Shown: one piece after another, positions 27,201 to 36,509 of the stretch
Position numbering within the stretch: position 1 is the stretch's first letter
Layout: each line of letters opens with the position of its first letter
Source: Bacteroidota bacterium
Lineage (GTDB): Bacteria > Bacteroidota > Bacteroidia > Bacteroidales > UBA12077
Direction of reading: 5' to 3'
Assembly (NCBI GenBank): GCA_051746885.1
Contig: JBNJFN010000001.1
Location: 1 to 43,016 of the forward strand
Length of the DNA stretch: 43,016 nt
The notes under the pieces: generated by a model
Database searches by the model: none
What the model was told of the DNA's origin: nothing
The model's input: only the letters and a program-made list of their open reading frames with translations
Program-made: the position numbers and the translations under genes

Positions 27201-27449
27201 ATGACCCCTCAGGGGATTGGAAATGACCCTTCTTTTTATTTTCGTGCATTTTTTGGCAGAAAACAAATTCTAATATCCAATTTCTAAATTCTAAACAATA
27301 TCAAATGACCAAATAAAGAAATATCAAAACGAACAAAATAGGGCTCCTGTTTTGATTATTAAAATATTGGATCATTGGAATTTGTTTGGAATTTAGGATT
27401 TCCAGTTTATCTGGGTTAGGAGGACAAAGATGATCCTCAGAGGGGTCAT
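27201..27449. repeat. ~250-bp nested imperfect palindromic intergenic element
   Basis: The outer inverted repeat is ATGACCCCTCAGGGGAT (27201-27217) with ATCCTCAGAGGGGTCAT (27433-27449), 15/17 complementary. The inner A/C-rich arm (27283-27313) pairs with a T/G-rich arm (27367-27397), ~24/31. The central hairpin is ATCAAAAC (27323-27330) with GTTTTGAT (27349-27356). Confidence 0.5.
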
Positions 27450-27487
27450 AATACGCCCATTTGGGTGTAAGTTATTTCCCCAAAAGA

Positions 27488-29686
27488 TTATTCTATGATC
27501 AGTTTTTTGGTATAGATATCTTCTCTTGAGCGTATGCGGAGAAAGTAAACTCCTGCCTGACTTTCCGGGATGGTAACGGTATGGTTTTCGTTAGCACCCA
27601 TTTTGTGGATTTTTTCATTGTAAATCCGCTTTCCTCCTATACTGAAGATCTCCACCTGAATATCCCTGTAAATTTTATTTTTGAAGACAATATTGAAATG
27701 GCCTGATGTAGGATTGGGAAAGAGATGAATTTCTCCATTGCCGGTAGAAATTTCATCCGTACCAACAGCACTTTTAGACTCAAAAGCCACCAGTATGGAG
27801 TCAGAATCGGAGCATTGACCGGAGCTCCCGGTTACTGTATACTTGAGCGTATCTTCCGTCTCGCCGTCATAAGTAACCCAGGCTGTGGCCCCTGAAGTGG
27901 AAATCAGCCCTCTGTCCTCGGATCCTTCACCGGACCATTCGTATTGATCGGCCTCTCCATTGATCTGCAGCTCTACCGTATCGCCAATTGAAGTCTCTAC
28001 TGCCAACGAATCAAAGAAGATGTGGAGATTCTCTGAAATAAGGAGATCGTCCACTTTGCTTGTGGAATCTTTTCCATTGGCTCCTTCAGTTGTTAGGCTG
28101 ATGGTTTTTGTGCCGTTTGTGCTGTAGGTGACATCGTGTGGGCCGGGGCCTGTAGCTTCTGAAGGTTGCGCCCCTTCACCGAAGTACCATTGATAGGAGT
28201 CGATATCCCCTGATGATTTGTTTGTAAAAGTAACTGTTTCGGAGATGCAGTAAAAATTCTTATCGGTATCGAAAGAGGCAGCTATATCTTTTTTCCGGGT
28301 ATAAGCCCTGATGCATAGATCATATGGGCTATCTACATCACTTCCCAGAGCGCTCCATTCATCTCCGTCCGGACTAAACCAATGGGTGCCTGATTCTTCG
28401 ATTTCAGGATCGGCATAGTCTGAAATACTGGCTTCCACAGGCAATGGATATTCATATCCATTCACATCGTATTTGACCTTAACATAAAATTCACCCTTAA
28501 GATCGGCTTTTATATCAAAAGTATAATACCCCGGATAGAGTATCTGCCGGTCTGTAACGGAATCTACCGGGTTTTCCGGCTGCCCCTCGTTGAAATCCTC
28601 GTAAACGGTAATGTCAATCACGCTCCCGTAATTATTGACATAGGTTCCCACCTTCTTGACGGCTTCATCCGGTTGTGCCTCGAACCGGGTTAAGCCGTAT
28701 AGCACGTCCCGCTCGCCATAGCTTAAAGAGGTTACCATGCCCAGTTTGTCGTAATAATGCAGGGAATCGATGCTGGTATTGTCCCATTTGATGGGGTAAA
28801 AAGCATTGTCGGCAAGCACTTTGCTGTCTTTGTAGGCAAGGTAAAAGTATCCATTCTCTCCCCAATCTTCACTCCAACTGTTTTTAATGATCCATGCCCC
28901 TTTTGTATCCGGTGATTCAGAACCGCCTGTAACCTCTTTGTTGTCATCCCATCCGACAATAAGAATACCATGGTCTGATTGCTTATCACCGTCGTAATAC
29001 CAGGTATAATCAGTAAAATTGTAGTATTCAAACTGATCACTGGCATACATAGAAGTGGCGACTGCCCCGTAATTCTTGATGATTCGCTTGACCTCATCAA
29101 TGTCTTTGGGCAAGTAACGGGCTTCGGGCACCAATGCAAGGGGGTCTTCCCGGACCGTGCACTCCGAGCTATCAGTCAGCTCGTTGTATGGATCAAGCGT
29201 TTCATCTATCGGTCCGTCAAAACGATTCAAATAGGCGGTGGCCATGTACACATTGCCTCCGTCTGAAGGTCCCCATTCATAACCGCTGCAGACAACCATA
29301 TTTTTTTCAGAAAGATCGTACGCGCTGTCTTTCAGTATCTTCCATCTCGACTCAATGGCTCCCAGTGAACTGAAGGCCCAGCAGGTGCCGAGTGTATCCT
29401 GATCCTTAACTTCTGTAACATAACCTTCTTCCCTTAGATCATAAGAGTCTGGTAATTGCTGACTTGCTTTCAGAGTTTCTTCCTTCTCATCAAAATTTTG
29501 AAAACTAACCTTATAAGGAGGTGGAACGTAACCGTTCTTCTTAGTTTCCGGCTGAGACTTTAGTTTTAATGATTCCCGGTATTCTTTAAATTCGGGGTTT
29601 AAGGGAGCCTGTTCCAGTTGCTCCTGGCCCGTAACAGAAGTATGGATGAATATCGAAGCAATAAAAAAGAGGTAAAAATACTTCAT
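27488..29686 (-). CDS. secreted papain-like (C1 family) cysteine peptidase with a PKD-like domain and T9SS C-terminal sorting domain
   Basis: It has a signal peptide. The catalytic residues are Cys (GTCWAFSS), His (DHGILIVGWDD) and the NSWSEDWGENGYFY segment. A PKD-like segment is present (YQWYFGEG...HDVTYS). The C-terminus (LFPNPTSGHFNIVF...GVYFLRIRS...KKLIIE) is typical of a Por/T9SS CTD. Confidence 0.85.
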   Translation of the reverse strand: MKYFYLFFIASIFIHTSVTGQEQLEQAPLNPEFKEYRESLKLKSQPETKKNGYVPPPYKVSFQNFDEKEETLKASQQLPDSYDLREEGYVTEVKDQDTLGTCWAFSSLGAIESRWKILKDSAYDLSEKNMVVCSGYEWGPSDGGNVYMATAYLNRFDGPIDETLDPYNELTDSSECTVREDPLALVPEARYLPKDIDEVKRIIKNYGAVATSMYASDQFEYYNFTDYTWYYDGDKQSDHGILIVGWDDNKEVTGGSESPDTKGAWIIKNSWSEDWGENGYFYLAYKDSKVLADNAFYPIKWDNTSIDSLHYYDKLGMVTSLSYGERDVLYGLTRFEAQPDEAVKKVGTYVNNYGSVIDITVYEDFNEGQPENPVDSVTDRQILYPGYYTFDIKADLKGEFYVKVKYDVNGYEYPLPVEASISDYADPEIEESGTHWFSPDGDEWSALGSDVDSPYDLCIRAYTRKKDIAASFDTDKNFYCISETVTFTNKSSGDIDSYQWYFGEGAQPSEATGPGPHDVTYSTNGTKTISLTTEGANGKDSTSKVDDLLISENLHIFFDSLAVETSIGDTVELQINGEADQYEWSGEGSEDRGLISTSGATAWVTYDGETEDTLKYTVTGSSGQCSDSDSILVAFESKSAVGTDEISTGNGEIHLFPNPTSGHFNIVFKNKIYRDIQVEIFSIGGKRIYNEKIHKMGANENHTVTIPESQAGVYFLRIRSREDIYTKKLIIE

Positions 29687-29948
29687 AACCGGAGATTTTG
29701 ATTAGAAAGAAATGTTTTCAAGATGCCAGATCCTTTTATTTTGGAGCCAATTTGTTAATTTTGACTTCCGGCGGAAACAAACTTATATAAGATGGTGCAA
29801 TATATGAAAAATACCCAATTTTTAACCGGCATTGGCATATTTTTATTGATTTTAAATACCTTCGTGGTTTCTGCAAGTGCATTTCAAACACGTTTTAATA
29901 TGGAATCATATATTTTCAAAAATCGTTAAACCTTTAAAACAAACAATT

Positions 29949-32051
29949 GTGCAAAAATTAGGAATCTTAATCATTTTAACCGGAATCATTATGGGAGCAT
30001 GTACCCAAAAACAAGAGAAGGACTCCTCAGAAGGCAATCCTTTTTTTACCGAGTATCAAACTCAGTTTAGCGTACCTCCTTTTGATGAGATCAAACCAAA
30101 GCATTACAAACCTGCCTTTGAAAAGGCGATGGAAACGCATAACGAGGAAATTCAGGAAATAACCGGAAACCCGGAAGATGCCACTTTTGAAAATACCATT
30201 GAAGCCATGGTATACAGTGGCAATCTGCTTGAAAACGTATCCTATGTTTTTTATGGTTTAAACAGTGCCAATACGAGCGATACACTTCAGGAGATAGCAA
30301 AGGATGTTTCTCCCGAACTTTCCTCACACAGGGATGAGATTATGCTTAATCAAGAGCTTTTTCAAAGGGTAAAAAGTGTGTATGAAAACAGGGATCAACT
30401 GGATCTGAACCGGGAACAGTCCTATTTGCTCGAGAATCTTTACTTGGATTTTGTTCGAAACGGGGCCAATCTACCTGAAGAGGAAAAGAAGCAACTGAAA
30501 GAAATCAACAAAGAGCTTTCATCGCTTACGCTTGAATTTGAACAGAATGAACTGAAAGAGACCAATGATTTCAAGCTGGTTATTGAAAAGAAGGAAAATC
30601 TTGCAGGTTTGCCGGAATCCGTTGTTCAAACTGCAGCTGAAACCGCTGCCGGGGAGGGACATGAAGGAAAGTGGGTTTTCACTACTCATAAGCCCAGCAT
30701 GCTTCCTTTCCTCACCCATGCAGAGAACCGCGATCTGAGGGAGAAGTTGTATAAAGCCTATTTAAACAGGTGTAACAATGACAATGAATATGATAACAAG
30801 GAAATTCTCTCAAAAATTGTCAAGCTCCGCGTTAAAAAGGCCCATTTGCTTGGATACGACACTTATGCCGATTTCCGGCTTGAAACCAGAATGGCAGAGA
30901 ACCCGCAGAATGTGACAGATCTTTTAAATCAACTGTGGGATGCTGCTCTTCCTGTTGCTAAGGAAGAAAGGGAACAGATGCAGAAGATCATCGGAGAGGA
31001 AGGAAAAGACTTCAAGCTGAAAAGCTGGGATTGGTGGTATTATGCTGAAAAAATGCGGAAACAGAAATACAATCTGGACGACAGTGAATTGAGACCTTAT
31101 TTCAAGCTCGACAACGTTCGCCAGGGAGCGTTTGATGTGGCTACCCAACTGTTTGGCATCACTTTTCAGGAGATAAAGGATATACCCATGCCTCATCCCG
31201 ATGCCCGGGCATGGGAAGTGAAGGAATCAAACGGTTCTCATCTGGGGGTGCTTTATATGGATTTCCATCCGCGGAGCAGTAAGAATGGAGGTGCCTGGTG
31301 TGGTAGTTATCGAAGCCATTATGAAACCCGGGATGGGAAGGAAATTCATCCCATTAAGACGATTGTTACGAATTTTACTACTCCGACAGAAAACAAACCG
31401 GCACTTTTGAGCCTGGATGAGGTGGAAACTCTGTTCCATGAGTTTGGCCATGCCCTCGACGGATTGTTTGCAGAGAATGCTTATCCGGAAACATTTGTGG
31501 CCCGTGATTTCGTTGAATTGCCCTCACAGATTATGGAACACTGGGGCGCTCATCCCAAAGTGCTTAAAGAGTATGCCAAACATTATGAAAGCGGCGAGCC
31601 TATTCCTGATGAACTGATTGGCAAGATTGAGAAGAGTCAATATTTTAACCAGGGTTTTGACAATGTAGAATATCTTGCTGCTTCTATGCTTGATATGGCC
31701 TACCATACCCTTTCCGAACCCAGGGATTTGGAAGTCATGAAATTCGAGCAAAATTACTTGGATTCTATCGGTTTGATAGAGGAAATTGAGCCCCGTTATC
31801 ACAGCACCTATTTTAGTCATATTACAGGAGGCTATGATGCCGGGTATTATAGTTACATCTGGTCAGCGGTGCTGGACAACGATGCTTTTCAGGCCTTTGA
31901 AGAGAAGGGCATCTATGATCAGCAAACGGCAGAAGCATTCCGTAAGCTGCTGGCCAAAAACGGTACAGCCGACCCCATGGAATTGTTCGTTGAATTTCGG
32001 GGTCGTGAACCGAAAATTGATGCACTGCTGAAAAACAGGGGACTGAAATAA
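29949..32051 (+). CDS. dcp: M3-family peptidyl-dipeptidase (Dcp-like), probable lipoprotein
   Basis: It has the HEFGHAL zinc motif and the length and architecture of M3A peptidases. A GTG at 29949 gives a lipoprotein signal, MQKLGILIILTGIIMGAC. The track start at 29877 (GTG) adds an unlikely extension. Confidence 0.88.
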   Translation: MQKLGILIILTGIIMGACTQKQEKDSSEGNPFFTEYQTQFSVPPFDEIKPKHYKPAFEKAMETHNEEIQEITGNPEDATFENTIEAMVYSGNLLENVSYVFYGLNSANTSDTLQEIAKDVSPELSSHRDEIMLNQELFQRVKSVYENRDQLDLNREQSYLLENLYLDFVRNGANLPEEEKKQLKEINKELSSLTLEFEQNELKETNDFKLVIEKKENLAGLPESVVQTAAETAAGEGHEGKWVFTTHKPSMLPFLTHAENRDLREKLYKAYLNRCNNDNEYDNKEILSKIVKLRVKKAHLLGYDTYADFRLETRMAENPQNVTDLLNQLWDAALPVAKEEREQMQKIIGEEGKDFKLKSWDWWYYAEKMRKQKYNLDDSELRPYFKLDNVRQGAFDVATQLFGITFQEIKDIPMPHPDARAWEVKESNGSHLGVLYMDFHPRSSKNGGAWCGSYRSHYETRDGKEIHPIKTIVTNFTTPTENKPALLSLDEVETLFHEFGHALDGLFAENAYPETFVARDFVELPSQIMEHWGAHPKVLKEYAKHYESGEPIPDELIGKIEKSQYFNQGFDNVEYLAASMLDMAYHTLSEPRDLEVMKFEQNYLDSIGLIEEIEPRYHSTYFSHITGGYDAGYYSYIWSAVLDNDAFQAFEEKGIYDQQTAEAFRKLLAKNGTADPMELFVEFRGREPKIDALLKNRGLK

Positions 32052-32306
32052 CGATACCGTCTAAGGGCGTTAAACAGCTCTCGTAGTCAAAGGTTGTAAA
32101 ATTGTTGTCTTGATTGATAAAATATTGGCTCCTTTAAAAATTTGGCTCCATTTAAAATAGCTGCCTGGTTGTATCGTTAAATAAAATGGCTTACCCAATG
32201 TAATACCTTGTCAATTTAATTGTAATCAATTGAATGTGTTTATTCTCGTCTTTAGGATGAGGTGATAAATACATCATGAAGGTATTATTACTAACTTTAA
32301 AATGAA

Positions 32307-33578
32307 ATGCTTATGAGGTCGAAGAAGATAACAATAAATCTAACAATGATCTTAATGCTGGCGGTTTTTGCAGGAGCCTGCAAAAAACTGGGTAAAGAAC
32401 GACTGATCCTTGAAAATTCTTCATCAGTGGAACAAAAAGACGCCCCCGTTACAGTTAAGCGTGAGAAAATAGAGGAAAAATTCGGACGCCCTGTTGCATT
32501 GAGCGAGACAGTACTTCTGCAGAATGAACAGGGAGATACCATCCCTTCTCAGTTAGACGATGTGGATGATGATGAAAAATGGGATGAGCTTGCATTTGTA
32601 CATGATTTTGCACCCAACAGTAAAGATACCATTACCATGGAACTGGTGGATACTGCTGAAGCTCCCGAATATGAGCCCAGGACCAATATCCGTTTTGTAA
32701 CCCTTGAAGAACCTGAACAGGAAATTCAGGAAGCCGAACGGCTGGATTATAAACAAACAGGTGAACGTGATGACGTTTACCAGATGGAAGGCCCGGCGTG
32801 GGAAAATGATAAAGTTGGATTCCGCAATTACTTTGATCCCCGCAATACAATCGATGTGTTTGGAAAAACAACCGATGAGCTGGTACTCGACGATGCCGGC
32901 ATCAGGGGTCAGGATTATAGTGAAATGGATGACTGGGGAATGGATCTTCTTGAAATTGGAAGATCATTGGGTGCCGGTGCCATAGGCCTGAGAATTCAGG
33001 ATTCATTGATACGCATCGGTCCGGAAAGCGAAGGTAGTTTTACCCGCATTATTGAAGGTCCTGTTCGTTCGCGGCTTCGTTTTGTATTCGGTGATTTGGT
33101 AGTGTACGACAATACCTATAGAGTAGTTCATGACATCACCATCTGGCCGGGAACTTATGGTTACAAAGGTGAAGTAAGTGTTCAGAGAGCTAAGGATGTT
33201 CCATATAATGAAGAGTTAATTATTGGTCTTGTCAATAAAGAAGTGGATTCGTTAACTATTGATGAACCCAATGATCAATATGTTTCCCTGATCACTCATA
33301 ACGATCAGACAGTTCTTGGAGAGTATTTGGGTTTGGGACTTTTGCTGGAACAGGATAATTTCATTGCTTCCGCATCGGCTCCGGTGGCTGCTGAAGAAGC
33401 TACCGGCATCGTGGATTCTTATTTTGCTATGATGGATCTGACCGACCAAAAAGTAACATATCATATGTATGCCGGCTGGGAGAAATCAGAGCAGAAATTT
33501 AGTGAGAAAGACAGGTTTGTCGAATATGTAGCGCATCAGGCTCAAAAATTCAACACACCCATCGAAGTGGTGAAATAA
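32307..33578 (+). CDS. lipoprotein, DUF4861-like (tentative)
   Basis: It has a lipobox (LAVFAGAC). The EGPAWENDKVGFRNYFDPRN segment matches my recollection of DUF4861 proteins. This was not verified. Confidence 0.45.
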   Translation: MLMRSKKITINLTMILMLAVFAGACKKLGKERLILENSSSVEQKDAPVTVKREKIEEKFGRPVALSETVLLQNEQGDTIPSQLDDVDDDEKWDELAFVHDFAPNSKDTITMELVDTAEAPEYEPRTNIRFVTLEEPEQEIQEAERLDYKQTGERDDVYQMEGPAWENDKVGFRNYFDPRNTIDVFGKTTDELVLDDAGIRGQDYSEMDDWGMDLLEIGRSLGAGAIGLRIQDSLIRIGPESEGSFTRIIEGPVRSRLRFVFGDLVVYDNTYRVVHDITIWPGTYGYKGEVSVQRAKDVPYNEELIIGLVNKEVDSLTIDEPNDQYVSLITHNDQTVLGEYLGLGLLLEQDNFIASASAPVAAEEATGIVDSYFAMMDLTDQKVTYHMYAGWEKSEQKFSEKDRFVEYVAHQAQKFNTPIEVVK

Positions 33579-33611
33579 AAGTAATCTCTCTAAGGCTTAT
33601 GGATTCAGCAG

Positions 33612-33638
33612 AAAAGGGGGGGTGATTCCCCCTTTTTT
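33612..33638. terminator. hairpin terminator between convergent genes
   Basis: AAAAGGGGG (33612-33620) pairs with CCCCCTTTT (33628-33636). The T-run extends to 33638. Confidence 0.6.
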
Positions 33639-33719
33639 ATGGGAACTAATTTGGTGAAGTGTGGGTTGCGGTATTTAACCAACAAAAATCGATTTATAGA
33701 GTCTTATGGAAATATGAAT

Positions 33720-34292
33720 TTACTCGAAGTAGAAGTCGCTTTTAATTCGTTCCAGCTCATCATCCCGGAAATAAAAAATAAAGCGCAAGGTCCCGTCTGA
33801 ATTGGCAAGTTGGATGGTATTCCCTACAGGCCGGTTTATCCCGAAGATGGATAGGAAGGTTTCTTTGTTCATACCCGGGTATACACATGAATCTAAAGCC
33901 AATTCGGGAGAAATGAGTTGAAGGTAGATCATCAGGTCTTTTTCCCGGCTTCTGTAAAATTTAATGGTGTCCCGCTTTCCTGAATAATGATAAATGGTAT
34001 CTATCCGTGATGTGTCATGAATGTTACGAAAAGGTTCCTTTCTTAAGGAGAGCATTTTTGAGTGATTTTCCCGGAGGGATTGAATTGTAAAAGCCTCAGC
34101 GGCCTTATTGGTAAAGCTGTCAGTTGTAAAAACGGGTATATCTTTTTTTGTTAATTTTTGGGAATACCTTGTTTCTATTTTCATTGTATCACATGCTTTA
34201 CTTGAGGTTTTGGTGGCAATCTTTTTTGGATTACAACCAGAAAGCAAAGCCAGAACTATCAATAATAGGGTTATAAGCAGGTGTTTTATCAT
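33720..34292 (-). CDS. hypothetical lipoprotein
   Basis: 190 aa. It has a signal plus lipobox (LLIVLALLSGC). I recognised no family. Confidence 0.5.
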   Translation of the reverse strand: MIKHLLITLLLIVLALLSGCNPKKIATKTSSKACDTMKIETRYSQKLTKKDIPVFTTDSFTNKAAEAFTIQSLRENHSKMLSLRKEPFRNIHDTSRIDTIYHYSGKRDTIKFYRSREKDLMIYLQLISPELALDSCVYPGMNKETFLSIFGINRPVGNTIQLANSDGTLRFIFYFRDDELERIKSDFYFE

Positions 34293-34441
34293 TTTTCCCA
34301 GGTTAAAGAAATGTATAATTTTTGTAATAAATGCCAGGGATCATAGATGATTTAGAATTTAATTCCTTCATCTTCAAAAACAAAGATAGTAAATATAAAT
34401 AAGAAAATCATCCTCAATATTCCTGGATGTATATAAAAGAT

Positions 34442-35857
34442 TTATCTGGCTCTTGGGGGGTGGGTTACCGCAGTATGTTCTGAGGCAAAATAAATTTTGT
34501 TTTTTTTACCTTCAAATTTGAAGGTTTCTGCTTTCTCTCTGTTACCGGAGGAAGCTTTTACTTCAAGAACATTTTCTCCTTCTTTCAGGGGAATCCTTGT
34601 ATAGTAGATAGAGTAGGGGAGCGTTTGCCAGTTTCTGGTATCCGCTGTTTCGGTAAGGGTGTTGACAATGTTGACGATTGTTCCCAGGTTTTCATCTTCT
34701 TCGTCGGCTAAAGCTTCTAAAGCTTTCTTGGTGGCTATTCTCGCTATTGCATTTCCCAGTTCTCTCAGCATTCGGTCCCGTAGGGTCTTGAAAGCGATTT
34801 CATTGATGTCCTGGGCCAGTTCAAAGGAATATTTTTGATTCTGCGTATAAACCGCTGCATTTTTATAAACGGGTTTCCTTTCCAAGTATTTGGGGAAGGC
34901 AACTTTGAAAAAGCGCAGTTCGGAAAAAGCTTCCTTTTCTTTTTTGCTCTTGTCTCCTATATAAATGGGAAAAGAAACATCCAGTTCCCTGCTCTGCATA
35001 ATTACATGATTTTCTCTGGGACTGGGCACCTTTGTAAAACGGATACTCCATTCGTCTTTTACAGGACCAAATCCGTTCAGCCAAAAAAAGATCACCTCAC
35101 CGTTTTCTTTTGGCTGATATTCATAATCCATATTGAAAAGTTTCTCGTAATACCTTACTTCATCCTTAAATCCTGTAAGATGAGCGGTTCTTAACAAGTC
35201 TTTTTTTAGCTGCTCGGGAACACTCATGTTAAAATATTCCGTATAATCTTCCTTATAGACTTCAAAGGCATTCCGGTAGGCAATAAAGGCATTGTTGTAG
35301 TCATCATCTGCCTCATAGATCATACCCATCAGGTTGTGCGCAAATGCATCCCGTTGATAGCGGTTCTTATGGTCCTGATATTTATCGTTGAGTAGGTTTA
35401 ATCTGATGTTAATTCTCCGGCATTCCACCAGGGCGCCTTCATAGTCTTCGAGTTGTATATAGTTCAGGGCGGTAAAATAATGAAGCATGACCGCCTCAAA
35501 ATCTTCGGGTTTATAAGGTTTGATCGTAGGGTTTGTAACCAGGGAGAGGGCTTCCAGTCCGTAGTTTTTTATATAGTCTTCTATAATCAGGTCTGCTTCT
35601 CCAAAATGCCGGTTGCTTTTCTCATACTGGTCAAGCATCCATCCTACATAGCCATGATTCAGATAAAACAGCAGTTTATTCTTTCCTTCTTTTTTATGCT
35701 TATTATTCTGTAACCATTGATCCGCTTTTTGAAAGTTACCGCTGGTAATGTATTGTTGAAACCGTTGATTTTGTTGATAATAAGTAGCACATCCCCCTGC
35801 TATGATTCCAAACAAAAGGAACAGGAGAATTTGTTTTTTTCGTTTGGTTTTTACCAT
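34442..35857 (-). CDS. TPR-like lipoprotein of unknown function (COG3014-like, tentative), co-transcribed with the LpoB-like gene
   Basis: 471 aa. It has a lipobox (GIIAGGC) and helical-repeat-like Tyr/Asn-rich segments (YNNAFIAYRNAFEVY). It lies 28 nt downstream of the LpoB-like gene. Confidence 0.5.
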   Translation of the reverse strand: MVKTKRKKQILLFLLFGIIAGGCATYYQQNQRFQQYITSGNFQKADQWLQNNKHKKEGKNKLLFYLNHGYVGWMLDQYEKSNRHFGEADLIIEDYIKNYGLEALSLVTNPTIKPYKPEDFEAVMLHYFTALNYIQLEDYEGALVECRRINIRLNLLNDKYQDHKNRYQRDAFAHNLMGMIYEADDDYNNAFIAYRNAFEVYKEDYTEYFNMSVPEQLKKDLLRTAHLTGFKDEVRYYEKLFNMDYEYQPKENGEVIFFWLNGFGPVKDEWSIRFTKVPSPRENHVIMQSRELDVSFPIYIGDKSKKEKEAFSELRFFKVAFPKYLERKPVYKNAAVYTQNQKYSFELAQDINEIAFKTLRDRMLRELGNAIARIATKKALEALADEEDENLGTIVNIVNTLTETADTRNWQTLPYSIYYTRIPLKEGENVLEVKASSGNREKAETFKFEGKKNKIYFASEHTAVTHPPRAR

Positions 35858-35885
35858 GAATATCTGAAAAATGGTCTACCAGGGC

Positions 35886-36509
35886 TTAATTATTGATATA
35901 TTTTCTGATTTCCTTATCACCCATCCAAACAACTTCGTTGGTCTCTAAATTGGATAATTCAAGGCTTACCTGATAATTAACCACCTTTTCGTTTCTGTAG
36001 GAATCTACAATACTATTGATGGTGCCCTGCAGCATAAAGTCGGCCCCCAATTCCTGGCCCCATTGTTTTGCCGTTTTAGAGGAGGCAAAATCCTGCTGGT
36101 CGGCTCTCTCTGCTCTTAGTTCGTCTCGCTTGTCCCCGGCCTGAACAAGTCGGGCTGAACCATCCTTAATAATGGCTTTTTCAATATCTTTAATGAAGGT
36201 TTCTGCATTAATATGTTCATGGCTTTTGTTTCTCACCAGTCCTACAATTAATATAGGTCTTGCTTCATAGTTATTTTGTTTATAGTTTTCAAGCCATTTT
36301 CCGTTGATCACCTGGTCCGTTAAGGCTTCGGCCACCATGCGTGAATCTGTATCATTCCATCGTCCGCTCAGGTCCATCTGCTCGTCGCTGTCCATTCTTC
36401 TTACCTCCCTTTTGGGGCTGCAGTTATTGAGGACCGCGATTATGGAAGAAACCAATAAAACAAGGAGAAATGATTTTCTCATGTAATGATAGTTTAATAG
36501 ATACTTCAT
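35886..36509 (-). CDS. LpoB-like (COG3417) penicillin-binding-protein-activator-type lipoprotein
   Basis: It has a lipobox (AVLNNC). The DLSGRWNDTDSRMVAEAL...ILIVGLVRNKSHEHI...ADFMLQGTI pattern is what I recall for proteins annotated as LpoB in Bacteroidota. The ATG at 36509 overlaps the dapA stop (ATGA). An alternative ATG lies at 36482. Confidence 0.6.
   Translation of the reverse strand: MKYLLNYHYMRKSFLLVLLVSSIIAVLNNCSPKREVRRMDSDEQMDLSGRWNDTDSRMVAEALTDQVINGKWLENYKQNNYEARPILIVGLVRNKSHEHINAETFIKDIEKAIIKDGSARLVQAGDKRDELRAERADQQDFASSKTAKQWGQELGADFMLQGTINSIVDSYRNEKVVNYQVSLELSNLETNEVVWMGDKEIRKYINN

Noticed and set aside
27026-27226. A 66-aa ORF downstream of hydC.
   Set aside because: It starts at a TTG inside the hydC terminator region, and its first 14 codons are the terminator stem and T-run. 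Its end lies in the palindromic element. It is almost certainly non-coding.
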